IMG/VR virus record: IMGVR_UViG_3300025133_009608
Span: 186,001-250,000 of that record
DNA length: 64,000 nt
Direction: 5' to 3' (one strand)
In this document: piece after piece, positions 48,872-58,019 of the stretch
Position numbering within the stretch: position 1 is the stretch's first letter
Layout: the number at the start of each line of letters is the position of its first letter
The notes under the pieces: model-generated
Database searches by the model: none
What the model was told of the DNA's origin: nothing
What the model saw: the letters and a program-made list of their open reading frames with translations, nothing else
Program-made: the position numbers and the translations under genes

Positions 48872-49275
48872 TGCTCACTTTTCCTTTCCCTCTTATTCCA
48901 TCGGCCTCGTTCTGAAAATTTTTCAATTCCATGTGGTACCGGTTCGCCGAACTCATCTAGCGCTACAAAAATAATTTTATCAATCGTAATGAGAGACTTC
49001 TTGTCCCTCTTGTTCCTAACCAACACCTTGAGTGTTATCGATGTCGTCCCGAATTCTACAATTTCTGTTCCAAACTCAATAACATCACCAGATTTTGCAG
49101 AATTTAAAAAATTAATTTCAGACATATGAACGGTAACTACATTTCTTGTGCCTAGTTGACAAAATACAAAAATGCTTGCTTCTTCGTCAATTAGCGATAA
49201 AAGCCTTCCGCCAAAGAGGGTGCCCCTTGGGTTTAAATCTTGTGGCTTTACAAGATAACGGCTTCTAAATTTCAC
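48868..49275 (-). CDS. Hotdog-fold acyl-CoA thioesterase
   Basis: DLNPRGTLFGGRLL..IDE; GTTSIT; FVALD. Confidence 0.85.
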   Translation of the reverse strand: MKFRSRYLVKPQDLNPRGTLFGGRLLSLIDEEASIFVFCQLGTRNVVTVHMSEINFLNSAKSGDVIEFGTEIVEFGTTSITLKVLVRNKRDKKSLITIDKIIFVALDEFGEPVPHGIEKFSERGRWNKRERKSEQ

Positions 49276-50207
49276 TTTATCTTTCCAGCCTCTTTGCATA
49301 AGGTTGCAATATCTAGGCCGGCGCAATCGATTTTCTTTTTAGTTAAGTGATAATGACTCACAAACCCACTAAAACTACAGGCTACGGCACTGGGAGAGAC
49401 TCCGGAGACGCCCAGTCCGCCATCATCAGTTGGCGACACAAGGGGGATTTCAATTCCGTTACTAATGGCCGCCCACAAAGCCTTTAGAGCTCTTATCTGC
49501 ACGTCATAAAAGCCCAAGTGAGAAGACAGCTTCTTTCCTCTTACTATTGCGTTCGTAACTACGGGCCTTTTGCCAAATCCATTATCAACGTACCAATCTT
49601 GATATTTTTCATAATAAGCATTTGAAATCTCAACGCCAATGGAGCTGTGATTCCATTTCGCGCCGCCGGCGTGCCACGCTCCATGCTGAGTATCTAGCAA
49701 CTGATATATTGTTCCATCATTATCTATACAAAAATGTACTGATATTCCTCTGTTATTAAGAACGCTGGCACAAGACGCCGAAGACAAGCAAACATCCCAA
49801 TGATTTACAAACATAGTTGGCTTCCGGTCTTCCTTTCCTGAATAATCATAATAATTTCCAGAGCCCGCCTTAAGTCCACCGGACTCATCCCACAAGACCA
49901 CCTTATGCCATCTTATGGGCAGTGGCTTGCCGTTGTGAATTATATATTTTTCGTCACTACAGGCCTCGAGACCACTGGGCGCCGAGGTATCAGCGCTCGG
50001 CAAGTGGCTTGAGATATTCGCTTGGCGCTCAGTCCATATTCTTCTATATGTGGACGGACCCACTAATCCATCTGATTTTATCTTATTCTTTTTTTGCCAC
50101 TTCTTTACTGCATCAACCAGATCGTCGTCAAAATTGACAACTCCAAACCAGGTTGGATCCCATGATAATTTTTCGGCACTTGCAGAGTTATAAAAGTTTT
50201 TATCCAT
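49272..50207 (-). CDS. N-acetylmuramoyl-L-alanine amidase with PG-binding domain (endolysin candidate)
   Basis: VKKWQK...DGLVGPST; HW...SVHFCID.DG, AWHAG, SIGVEI, HYH...K.DC. Confidence 0.85.
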   Translation of the reverse strand: MDKNFYNSASAEKLSWDPTWFGVVNFDDDLVDAVKKWQKKNKIKSDGLVGPSTYRRIWTERQANISSHLPSADTSAPSGLEACSDEKYIIHNGKPLPIRWHKVVLWDESGGLKAGSGNYYDYSGKEDRKPTMFVNHWDVCLSSASCASVLNNRGISVHFCIDNDGTIYQLLDTQHGAWHAGGAKWNHSSIGVEISNAYYEKYQDWYVDNGFGKRPVVTNAIVRGKKLSSHLGFYDVQIRALKALWAAISNGIEIPLVSPTDDGGLGVSGVSPSAVACSFSGFVSHYHLTKKKIDCAGLDIATLCKEAGKIK

Positions 50208-50211
50208 AACA

Positions 50212-52635
50212 TTACCGTCTGCGTCTCTTGTCTATGATAGAGCCGCGCTGAAGCTTGTTAAAGCCCGACTTCTTCTTCTTGATTTTTCTGTGAACCTGGT
50301 CGGCAACGGTGTTAACGTTATCCTCTTCAAGATCGAGGGTCATTGCTGCCACTCTTCCTTTTTCTTTTTGGCCGGCGACCTCTGCCTGCATTCTGCTCTC
50401 TTGTTTGAGGCTTTCAATTCGGTCCCTGGGAAGCCCGAGTCCGGCGAACCAAGAGTAAATCTTTATGGAATCGGAGTCACTCTCTATGTCGTATACTCCC
50501 TGGAATACGGAGGCTCCGTTTGTTTGCTCTGAAATCATATGAAAACAATAATTTATATTTATTGCCGGAAGCTTGTTAAGAACGCCCTCTGGGGCTGAAA
50601 TTATAACTCCACCGACCCTAGTCTGAGAGATGTCAAAGCCAGATGCCAACATATTCCCACTAAGACTCTCTATTACCGCCTCTGCTAGCGCCGTCTCCTC
50701 CATATAATCTTCAACTTCAATCATCCCATAAACAGAGCAGTCTCCGCATGAGATTATCTTTCCAAAGTCACTTGGATCCATTGAAGTATATCGAGACGGA
50801 CGAGACGTAAGTGTATTAAATACATGAAGCGGTTCAACAATTGCATTGTTAGATACGCTCCAAAAGTTATTCTGACTGAGGTTAGAATAAATTTGCTCGA
50901 TTCTCGCATTATCAGCCACAATAAGACTCGAAACCATATTGTCAGAAGTCATTCTTGCAAGTCTAGAAAGGGTTTCTATCGAGTTTCGCTTAGACCGGGC
51001 GTCCTCGGTTGCCTTCGGAAGAATGTAAATCACCCCCACTGGCATGCCGGTCTCAAATAACATCCCCACCATAGTGTCAACGCTTGAAGAGCCCGTTCCG
51101 CCGCCGCCCGATATTGCCAAATAAACCATGTGGTTTCCCGCAGCAACGTCTCCTACGAACTTATGTATATCGGACTCGTTTTCTTCAAAAATCTCTCGAC
51201 CAAGATCCAGATCCTTTCCCGTCCCACCAAGACTGCCCTCAAGAAGCAGCTTCTGAGTGGGAAGAACATCTATAAACTCCAGGTCTTGCGCGGAAGTATT
51301 AATTACTCCAACGTCATATCCTTTTTTATGCATTGTTTCTGCAATTCTCGACCCGGCCTGACCGACACCTATTACTGCTATCTCAATGCTGACAGACTGC
51401 TGAGTTATTATGCTTGGCACATCGTCCTCCATAGTTTTGCTTACCTTGGCCCTTAGAGCCTCAAGGACGTTTTCATCCAAAGAGCTTCCAGAATCTTCGG
51501 GCTGCTCTGTCGAATCATCAAAGGCGTCCATGAGTGCCTCATTTTCAGCCTCAATTTGCTTTGTTTTTTTCGTCTTCTTCTTTATCTTTACATCTTTGAC
51601 GCTAGTTTTCTTCGCTGTCATAAAATCCTCATAATAGCTCTTGAGCTGTGTTAAAATTTGATATTCGCTGGTTATCGCAAATTTTACCGGAGTTTCGTTT
51701 GCATTATACGAAATAACATCACAAAGATACTTGGAATGTTTATTCATAGGATCGGCATTCGTAGTTATTATATCACACCCCATCGCAGAGGCCTCATAGA
51801 GACTCATGCCCAGACCCTCTCGGGTTGACGGCATTAGCACACAATGAGAATTGTCATAAATACTAACCAGGTCTTTCGACACTAATATAGAATTTATTAG
51901 TATGATATTCTTACATTTTTCAGCCAGGGCCCGATCCCTATCAGAAAGAAGCCCGCTTATTGTCAGGGTTGTGCTCGCTCCAGAGTTAGTTGAGAATTTC
52001 GTATATGCCTTAATTACTTCTGTTGTATTTTTCTGACTAAACGATGGGTTTGTAGACCCGGGATGAAAAAATCTTATGCCAGAAAGGTCTTTTTTGTCTA
52101 CCTTTCGAGAAAAGGTGTCTTGATTTACGTAATTCCAGGACATTTTTTTTGCGTTTTCATATTTCCCAAAGATCTCTTTTGATGTATCTGTCAGGCACCA
52201 TATTTCATCAAACGTTCTGTATGAATTGTTATCTATATACCTCTTTATCGACCACTCCGGCATTGGTATGTCTATAATTTTCAAATTTGGGTTGCCCGTC
52301 CTGGCCCTTGTTGTCCATTGAGCCTTCGGCATGAAGGTTTCGAATGATATTATAAGATCTATATTATTTTTGGCAACAATATGTTCGATCCGAGTAGTTT
52401 GCGCGACAATTGTCAACCCGGCATGCAGATTGGCGTCGTTTGGCCGGGGGTACACCGGAGAGAATCCCGCCCGGCCATGAAGTCTTTTGAACTTTGGCTT
52501 TGCAGTATAAATAACTTTATTGTTTTTCGACAGCATGTCTCCAAGAGATTTCGCCAAATAATAAAGACCCGACTCGAATAGATACGTCTTTATTAGAATG
52601 CTCTTGTTTTTAATGTTATCTACTTCGCTATCCAT
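50212..52635 (-). CDS. In-frame fusion of a GT-B (GT4-like) glycosyltransferase and a tubulin/FtsZ-family GTPase (PhuZ/TubZ/CetZ-like), with internal RBS+ATG at 51621
   Basis: GT: PSTREGLGMSLYEA. Tubulin: GVGQAG, INTSAQDL, GGGGTGS, DPSD. Confidence 0.85.
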   Translation of the reverse strand: MDSEVDNIKNKSILIKTYLFESGLYYLAKSLGDMLSKNNKVIYTAKPKFKRLHGRAGFSPVYPRPNDANLHAGLTIVAQTTRIEHIVAKNNIDLIISFETFMPKAQWTTRARTGNPNLKIIDIPMPEWSIKRYIDNNSYRTFDEIWCLTDTSKEIFGKYENAKKMSWNYVNQDTFSRKVDKKDLSGIRFFHPGSTNPSFSQKNTTEVIKAYTKFSTNSGASTTLTISGLLSDRDRALAEKCKNIILINSILVSKDLVSIYDNSHCVLMPSTREGLGMSLYEASAMGCDIITTNADPMNKHSKYLCDVISYNANETPVKFAITSEYQILTQLKSYYEDFMTAKKTSVKDVKIKKKTKKTKQIEAENEALMDAFDDSTEQPEDSGSSLDENVLEALRAKVSKTMEDDVPSIITQQSVSIEIAVIGVGQAGSRIAETMHKKGYDVGVINTSAQDLEFIDVLPTQKLLLEGSLGGTGKDLDLGREIFEENESDIHKFVGDVAAGNHMVYLAISGGGGTGSSSVDTMVGMLFETGMPVGVIYILPKATEDARSKRNSIETLSRLARMTSDNMVSSLIVADNARIEQIYSNLSQNNFWSVSNNAIVEPLHVFNTLTSRPSRYTSMDPSDFGKIISCGDCSVYGMIEVEDYMEETALAEAVIESLSGNMLASGFDISQTRVGGVIISAPEGVLNKLPAININYCFHMISEQTNGASVFQGVYDIESDSDSIKIYSWFAGLGLPRDRIESLKQESRMQAEVAGQKEKGRVAAMTLDLEEDNVNTVADQVHRKIKKKKSGFNKLQRGSIIDKRRRR

Positions 52636-52705
52636 TTAAATATCTTACCATAGTGCATTATTTTAGACCAACTTATCTCATTCTACTCTTGAATATTAAT
52701 AGCGA

Positions 52706-53650
52706 TTAAAGAGAGCCGAGAATTTCGCAATACTTAGAAAACAAAGCCTCGGATGAGAAGTTTTCAACGGCATACTCATAAGCTCCAGCCTTCAAATTTC
52801 CACGAAGCCTTTCATCTTCCATTATTTCAATTATTGCCTCAGAATAGTCCTCAATCGTCTTATTAACGATGATTCCGGTCTCATAGTTTTTGCCATGCAA
52901 ATATATTTTAGGATGAGTTACGGAGCAGACGCCAGACGCCCAACTCTCCATAAGGGTTTGGGATTTTGTTTCAGATATTGACGTACCAACGTATAAGCTG
53001 GCGCTTTTAGCTAAGTCAATATGATCAGAATATGAATATGGAGAAGGGTGCCCTATAAATTTAAAATCATATTGTGGCAAAGCCTTTTCCAACTTCAGGC
53101 CAAAGCCTATATCTTTCGCAAAATGCTTAGAGTTTCCCTTCCACATAATAAACCCAGCATCATTATCGCTAGGCTTCCACAGCTCCATCTCTGGCCCAAC
53201 AATGAGAGTCGACATTTTCCTCAAATCAAATTTATGTTCTTTCGCTATTTTATATTTCAACCTATCATTTACAGATAACACATAGTTCGGAGCAGCCATC
53301 CCAAGTAGTGTCGATTCTCTCTTTAGATCTACACAGTCCAAGACGTTTGGGCCCATTATCAACGGAGTCCCAGTATTATTTGAAATCTTTCCGGCGACTC
53401 GATAATGCCCCCCGCTGCCGCTCCAATGATGAGCATAGTCAGACCCCTCAATGCTTCTTTTTAGTCTTGCGATATCTACAATTGAGTAATAATTAATTCC
53501 ATCAAGTTTTTGCTCTACTTTTAGTGTGGTAAATATATCTATTTGAAATCGTTTATCCATTGCCTTTATAAAATTATACAGGGACATTCCGGGGCCATTT
53601 GTAAACCGCCTTGTAGCCCCTACATTGAATGCAAAAATTGTTATTTTCAT
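52706..53650 (-). CDS. GT-B (GT4-like) glycosyltransferase
   Basis: SISETKSQTLMESWASG, ETGIIV. Confidence 0.75.
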   Translation of the reverse strand: MKITIFAFNVGATRRFTNGPGMSLYNFIKAMDKRFQIDIFTTLKVEQKLDGINYYSIVDIARLKRSIEGSDYAHHWSGSGGHYRVAGKISNNTGTPLIMGPNVLDCVDLKRESTLLGMAAPNYVLSVNDRLKYKIAKEHKFDLRKMSTLIVGPEMELWKPSDNDAGFIMWKGNSKHFAKDIGFGLKLEKALPQYDFKFIGHPSPYSYSDHIDLAKSASLYVGTSISETKSQTLMESWASGVCSVTHPKIYLHGKNYETGIIVNKTIEDYSEAIIEIMEDERLRGNLKAGAYEYAVENFSSEALFSKYCEILGSL

Positions 53651-54504
53651 TTTAAGATTTTACCAACTTCACCTGTAAGCTTGGGATATATTTTATAAGA
53701 CAATTCGAAGAGCTCGTCGTCAAAAAGCCCCAGGAATCTATCGTCTTTTAAATATCTCTTCCAGCGACTCAAAACTTTCATTTCCTGAGCCGCCCCATTC
53801 TTCGTTGTTAGGTCAAAGCTGCTTCCAAACCCATTAGATGGTACCTTGGAGATTCCCTTGTCCGAAAAGTCCAAATCCAATTTTTTGGATATTTGCTTTC
53901 GATACTTTTCTGACAAAAACCATTCGTTATAAGATATAGAAATCGAATCCCCAAGAAAAGATGTCTCTCCTAGAAGCTCTCTTGCATGCTCTTTCCATCT
54001 TTCCGCCATTCTATTGTCTGCCCATCCGATTTCGCTGGTTTGATCTATATTCTTTTTGATAGAGATTAGGCTCTTTCCTTCCTCTTTTCGAATGGTGTTA
54101 TTTCTATCAAACAATCTTATTCTACTCGCAAATAAGTTAAACGGATCCCGCAAGATTAAGATCTTATATAGCCTCTTCGGCCTTCTCAGTTTCATCAGAC
54201 TTTTTGGGTCCTTTTTGTACTTTATCATTCTTGCAAGAGATGAGTCTTCACAGTTAAATGCGAAGTATGGGAGGTTCGCCGGGAATGGAGACCCACTTCC
54301 GATTATTCGTCCACGATCCACATACATATTCGGCGGCTTGTGGCATATGATGTCATTATGAAAATAAATTGGCTCTTTAGTTTGAGAAAAAATCCAATGC
54401 ATTACCGCATGATGTCCCGATCTTCTCATCGCATAAAACTCGAGTTGATTTTTTACCGACCGAAACTTACGACGACACCCCTTAAGCTTCGCGGCCATAA
54501 TCAT
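53647..54504 (-). CDS. Sulfotransferase-like protein
   Basis: MRRSGHH (5'-PSB-like) and ILRDPFNLFASR (3'-PB-like) motifs. Confidence 0.6.
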   Translation of the reverse strand: MIMAAKLKGCRRKFRSVKNQLEFYAMRRSGHHAVMHWIFSQTKEPIYFHNDIICHKPPNMYVDRGRIIGSGSPFPANLPYFAFNCEDSSLARMIKYKKDPKSLMKLRRPKRLYKILILRDPFNLFASRIRLFDRNNTIRKEEGKSLISIKKNIDQTSEIGWADNRMAERWKEHARELLGETSFLGDSISISYNEWFLSEKYRKQISKKLDLDFSDKGISKVPSNGFGSSFDLTTKNGAAQEMKVLSRWKRYLKDDRFLGLFDDELFELSYKIYPKLTGEVGKILK

Positions 54505-54850
54505 CTTCTATGCGAACAACGTCGTCCAACTGATGCGTTGATACCTCAATCAATTCCACGTTTACTTCATTTGCGGCAAACCGATGAGTCAGGCCGACCG
54601 GAACATGAAACGTCTGCCCTGGAAATAATTTTATTATCTTTAAATCCGTCATATCGTTGAACGCTCCCCTGGTGTGCAGATAAAGGATTCCAGACTTAAC
54701 CATTATGGTTTCTTCCTTTTCCTCATGATACTGAAACGACAGTTGGTGCCCAGCTTTAATGAACAATATTTTCCCCACATATCCCGATTCGGAGCAAGAC
54801 TTCGCCCAGATCTCTTCGTGTCCCCAAGGTTTTTCGACTTTACTTAGCAT
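54482..54850 (-). CDS. Cupin protein (mannose-6-phosphate isomerase type II-like)
   Basis: KPWG, LSFQYHEEKEET, HRF, EVST. Confidence 0.85.
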   Translation of the reverse strand: MLSKVEKPWGHEEIWAKSCSESGYVGKILFIKAGHQLSFQYHEEKEETIMVKSGILYLHTRGAFNDMTDLKIIKLFPGQTFHVPVGLTHRFAANEVNVELIEVSTHQLDDVVRIEDDYGREA

Positions 54851-54851
54851 T

Positions 54852-56969
54852 TTAAGCCAAATCAGATAGCATGGGCTCCGTGACGTCCCACTTCTCTAAA
54901 ATTTTATATAAATTAGCTATAGTTAAGCCTAAATGCTCTGCTGCTTTATTTTTATTACCATCAAACATCGACACGGCATCTTTTATATCCCTTACCGTTT
55001 TGTCCTGAAACTCTCTCCTGTATACGCTCAGTAGCTTCATTTCGAGATCCATCATATATCGATTTAAAGTTGACGAACTAATCCCAAGCTCCCTGGCCGT
55101 AGTGGTTGCAATTCCGCCATTATTAATAAGAGCTATATCAATTTTATTTCTAATCTCATCTGGAGTTAGCGATTTTGGCATATATCCTAAAATATCCACC
55201 CCGTAATATTCCAGCCGGGCGCTCAAGCCTCTATCATTTGTGCTTAGTGCCCGGGCCATTGCACTTTTATTGCCAAAATTTTCCTCCAGTATTCTTATGA
55301 ACTCCTCCCTACTGCTATCAAAATCTAAATCACGGTAGCTAATTCTACGCGCCTTTCCGCTTATTTCATATAGATCTATATTATTTCTTCTGACAACGGC
55401 TCTAATTCCACTCTCTGTTCTGTTTAGCTTTTTGGCAACAGCGTTTACGTCTCCATTTAGCTCATAAAGAGCAGCAACGACATCCTCCGCCGACACTGGC
55501 TGCTCATTATATAGAAGATCACTTTTATCAAATTTATATTTTTTCATCTTAGTGGCAAATGTGGCCGAGTGCATGTTGATCATCCGGGCCGCCTCGGCAA
55601 TTGAGTGGCTGGATTTTAGTGCATTTAAAATGCTACTCGATTCAGCGTCTTCTACTCTCTTTTTTATTTCATCAATATTTATCCCGAGCGTCCTCATCTC
55701 AATTCTAAGCGTTATTCCGGGCCTTTTTATTTTTCTTGATGTCTCTTTTACATTCCCATTGTTAGCAATCAGCGTGTCAATAATAATCTTCTTTCTCTCT
55801 TCGTCTTTTTTTGTATCCCTGTAATCTTCCGGGTTTAGCCCAAACTTATCCGCATAATGCGCTAAGCTCTGGTACTTCACTCCCATCAACTTGGCGGCAA
55901 GAACTCGGTCTCCATTTGCCTCTACTAAAAACTTTTCTATCTCTGTTATCTTTCTCCTCTCTTCTGCCGCTCGCTCTTTTTCTCTTTCCTCTTTGATGAT
56001 GTTTTTTGCATCAGAGATTTTACTACCAAAATCTGGATGTGCCTCTTCAAATATGTCGATGACTTTTCCCTTTAGCCACCAGGCCGCATCTATAACTTCC
56101 AAATCGGCAGCCTCCATGGAGTCCATATAATTTATGATTTCAAATTCTGGTTTAGACTTTATTTTGTCAGAATAGTAACTATTACTCGCACCAGAGGGAT
56201 ACGGAGAATGGGGATCGCTCTTCAGTATGTTGCACCTATTTCCGCCGCGAGCATGGTCTTTTCCATATTTTTCTTCAACATCTTTATATATCGAAACCTC
56301 AACTCCCAAGAATCGCCTTCTAAAGGACTCCTTGGACTCGCCATCGCTCCTCTCTATGGGCTCTAGGTGGACCATTTCTATCGGCTTATGGAGCGTAGTC
56401 CAGGCTGCGCCACATCGAATATGAGAATTGCCCTCGGTATAATCCGCTGACATCTGATTTGGACCGCCGCCCGCCGCGGGACCATCAGAATTGGGGGAAA
56501 AAATATCACTTAAGCGCATCTTTCTGCTCATAAATTTTTCTACCGCGCCCTTGTCGAATGGCTCGGTATATAATTTTTTTATGGTATCAAGCCCGGCGGA
56601 CGTTACATATAGACGGCCGATTTTGTGCTGTAAGAGCCGCGTGATGGGATTCTTTGCCTCTCCGACATACCAGTTGTATATCGGCAGGCCCGTTAGTGCG
56701 TCGACCACTTGTTTTCCGTCAACTTTGTTTTCTAATTTTAATACATATATGTAGTGAACGCCATCTTGCAGCGGCCCCATTGCTGAAACCTCCTGCCCCG
56801 GCCCTATCCCTAGGTGTGGGATCGGAACTCTGCCGCGCGCGCTCTTTGATATTAGATGACTATAGTCGCAGTTATATGGCATGAGCTCGCCGACGGCGGC
56901 AGCGGCGTCTTTCAGCCCCATGTCCTCCAATATGCCTCGTAATAGTGGGATTTTATTAAATCCTTTCAT
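54852..56969 (-). CDS. GIY-YIG nuclease with seven tandem Fis-type HTH domains and N-terminal tag
   Basis: YIYVLKLE..WYVGE...RLLQH..GAAWT.LHKP..YG...RGG; repeated L...GN...AA..LG.....L... Confidence 0.75.
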   Translation of the reverse strand: MKGFNKIPLLRGILEDMGLKDAAAAVGELMPYNCDYSHLISKSARGRVPIPHLGIGPGQEVSAMGPLQDGVHYIYVLKLENKVDGKQVVDALTGLPIYNWYVGEAKNPITRLLQHKIGRLYVTSAGLDTIKKLYTEPFDKGAVEKFMSRKMRLSDIFSPNSDGPAAGGGPNQMSADYTEGNSHIRCGAAWTTLHKPIEMVHLEPIERSDGESKESFRRRFLGVEVSIYKDVEEKYGKDHARGGNRCNILKSDPHSPYPSGASNSYYSDKIKSKPEFEIINYMDSMEAADLEVIDAAWWLKGKVIDIFEEAHPDFGSKISDAKNIIKEEREKERAAEERRKITEIEKFLVEANGDRVLAAKLMGVKYQSLAHYADKFGLNPEDYRDTKKDEERKKIIIDTLIANNGNVKETSRKIKRPGITLRIEMRTLGINIDEIKKRVEDAESSSILNALKSSHSIAEAARMINMHSATFATKMKKYKFDKSDLLYNEQPVSAEDVVAALYELNGDVNAVAKKLNRTESGIRAVVRRNNIDLYEISGKARRISYRDLDFDSSREEFIRILEENFGNKSAMARALSTNDRGLSARLEYYGVDILGYMPKSLTPDEIRNKIDIALINNGGIATTTARELGISSSTLNRYMMDLEMKLLSVYRREFQDKTVRDIKDAVSMFDGNKNKAAEHLGLTIANLYKILEKWDVTEPMLSDLA

Positions 56970-57009
56970 AGTAATAGGTCTCAAATTATTAGTAAGGATT
57001 TAGAATTCA

Positions 57010-57336
57010 TTAAAATGATACACTCTCGCCGCAACCGCAAGTTCTATCTGCCTTTGGGTTGTTGAATACCAGGCCAGATTTCAAAAGGTCTTCTTCGTAG
57101 TCAATTTCCACTCCATTTAAGAATAAATAAGACTTCATATCAATACAAACTTTGACACCGTTGAACTCAAACACCTTATCCCTCTCTTCGGGCTGGTCTA
57201 TGAATTCATATTTGTACATATAGCCAGAGCAGCCGCCGCCCTGAAGTTTTATTCTAAGATAGTTATCTGGTGTTTGCCGCTTCATTAGAAGCGATCTTAC
57301 CTTGTCCTGCGCAGGTTGTGTCATTGTAATTGCCAT
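57010..57336 (-). CDS. iscA: IscA/HesB Fe-S carrier
   Basis: GGGCSG, CGCGESVSF. Confidence 0.92.
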   Translation of the reverse strand: MAITMTQPAQDKVRSLLMKRQTPDNYLRIKLQGGGCSGYMYKYEFIDQPEERDKVFEFNGVKVCIDMKSYLFLNGVEIDYEEDLLKSGLVFNNPKADRTCGCGESVSF

Positions 57337-57347
57337 TTTGTGCCAAC

Positions 57348-57611
57348 CTAGTAGTATGGGTTTGTGCCAGAAAGGTGATCGGTAACATCCTCAATCTCGC
57401 CGATATCTGGAAACACTTCTCTAAAATGTCTTTGGACTCCAAGCATCATAGTTATTTTTGATGATGCGCACCCATGACACCCTCCACCCATTATTATTTT
57501 AAGTGAATTGTCACTTTCATTGAATTCATGAATGGAAATGTTTCCTCCGTGCATTTCTAAGCCAGAATTTATATCTTCATCTATGATTTTCTGTATCTCT
57601 TCTTTATTCAT
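57348..57611 (-). CDS. Nfu/NifU C-terminal domain protein
   Basis: L..HGG, GGCHGC..S..T. Confidence 0.85.
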   Translation of the reverse strand: MNKEEIQKIIDEDINSGLEMHGGNISIHEFNESDNSLKIIMGGGCHGCASSKITMMLGVQRHFREVFPDIGEIEDVTDHLSGTNPYY

Positions 57612-57996
57612 TCTCTATCCCACGTTTTTTCTTCCAATCACTGATTGCAGCCTTGATGGCATCTTCTGCAAGGACAGAGCAGTGAATTTTGACCGGCGGC
57701 AATGAGAGCTCTCTCGCAATATGGGAATTGGAAATAGCCTCCGCCTCATCGGTGGTCCTTCCGATGACCATGGTGGTCGCCAGTGAGCTAGAGGCCACGG
57801 CTGAGCCACACCCAAATGTCTTGAATTTTGCGTCCTCGATGATACCGTTGTCATTAATCTTGAGTTGCAGTTTCATCAAATCGCCGCAGGCTGGCGCGCC
57901 TACCATGCCAGTACCAACATTCGGATCAGACTTATCTAAGCTGCCCATGTTTCTTGGACTGTCAAAGTGATCCATTACCTTGTCTGAATATGCCAT
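57604..57996 (-). CDS. iscU: Fe-S scaffold IscU
   Basis: PRNMG, APACGD, FGCGSA, LPPVKIHCS. Confidence 0.95.
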   Translation of the reverse strand: MAYSDKVMDHFDSPRNMGSLDKSDPNVGTGMVGAPACGDLMKLQLKINDNGIIEDAKFKTFGCGSAVASSSLATTMVIGRTTDEAEAISNSHIARELSLPPVKIHCSVLAEDAIKAAISDWKKKRGIENE

Positions 57997-58019
57997 TATA
58001 TCTCCAGATATATATCTAA

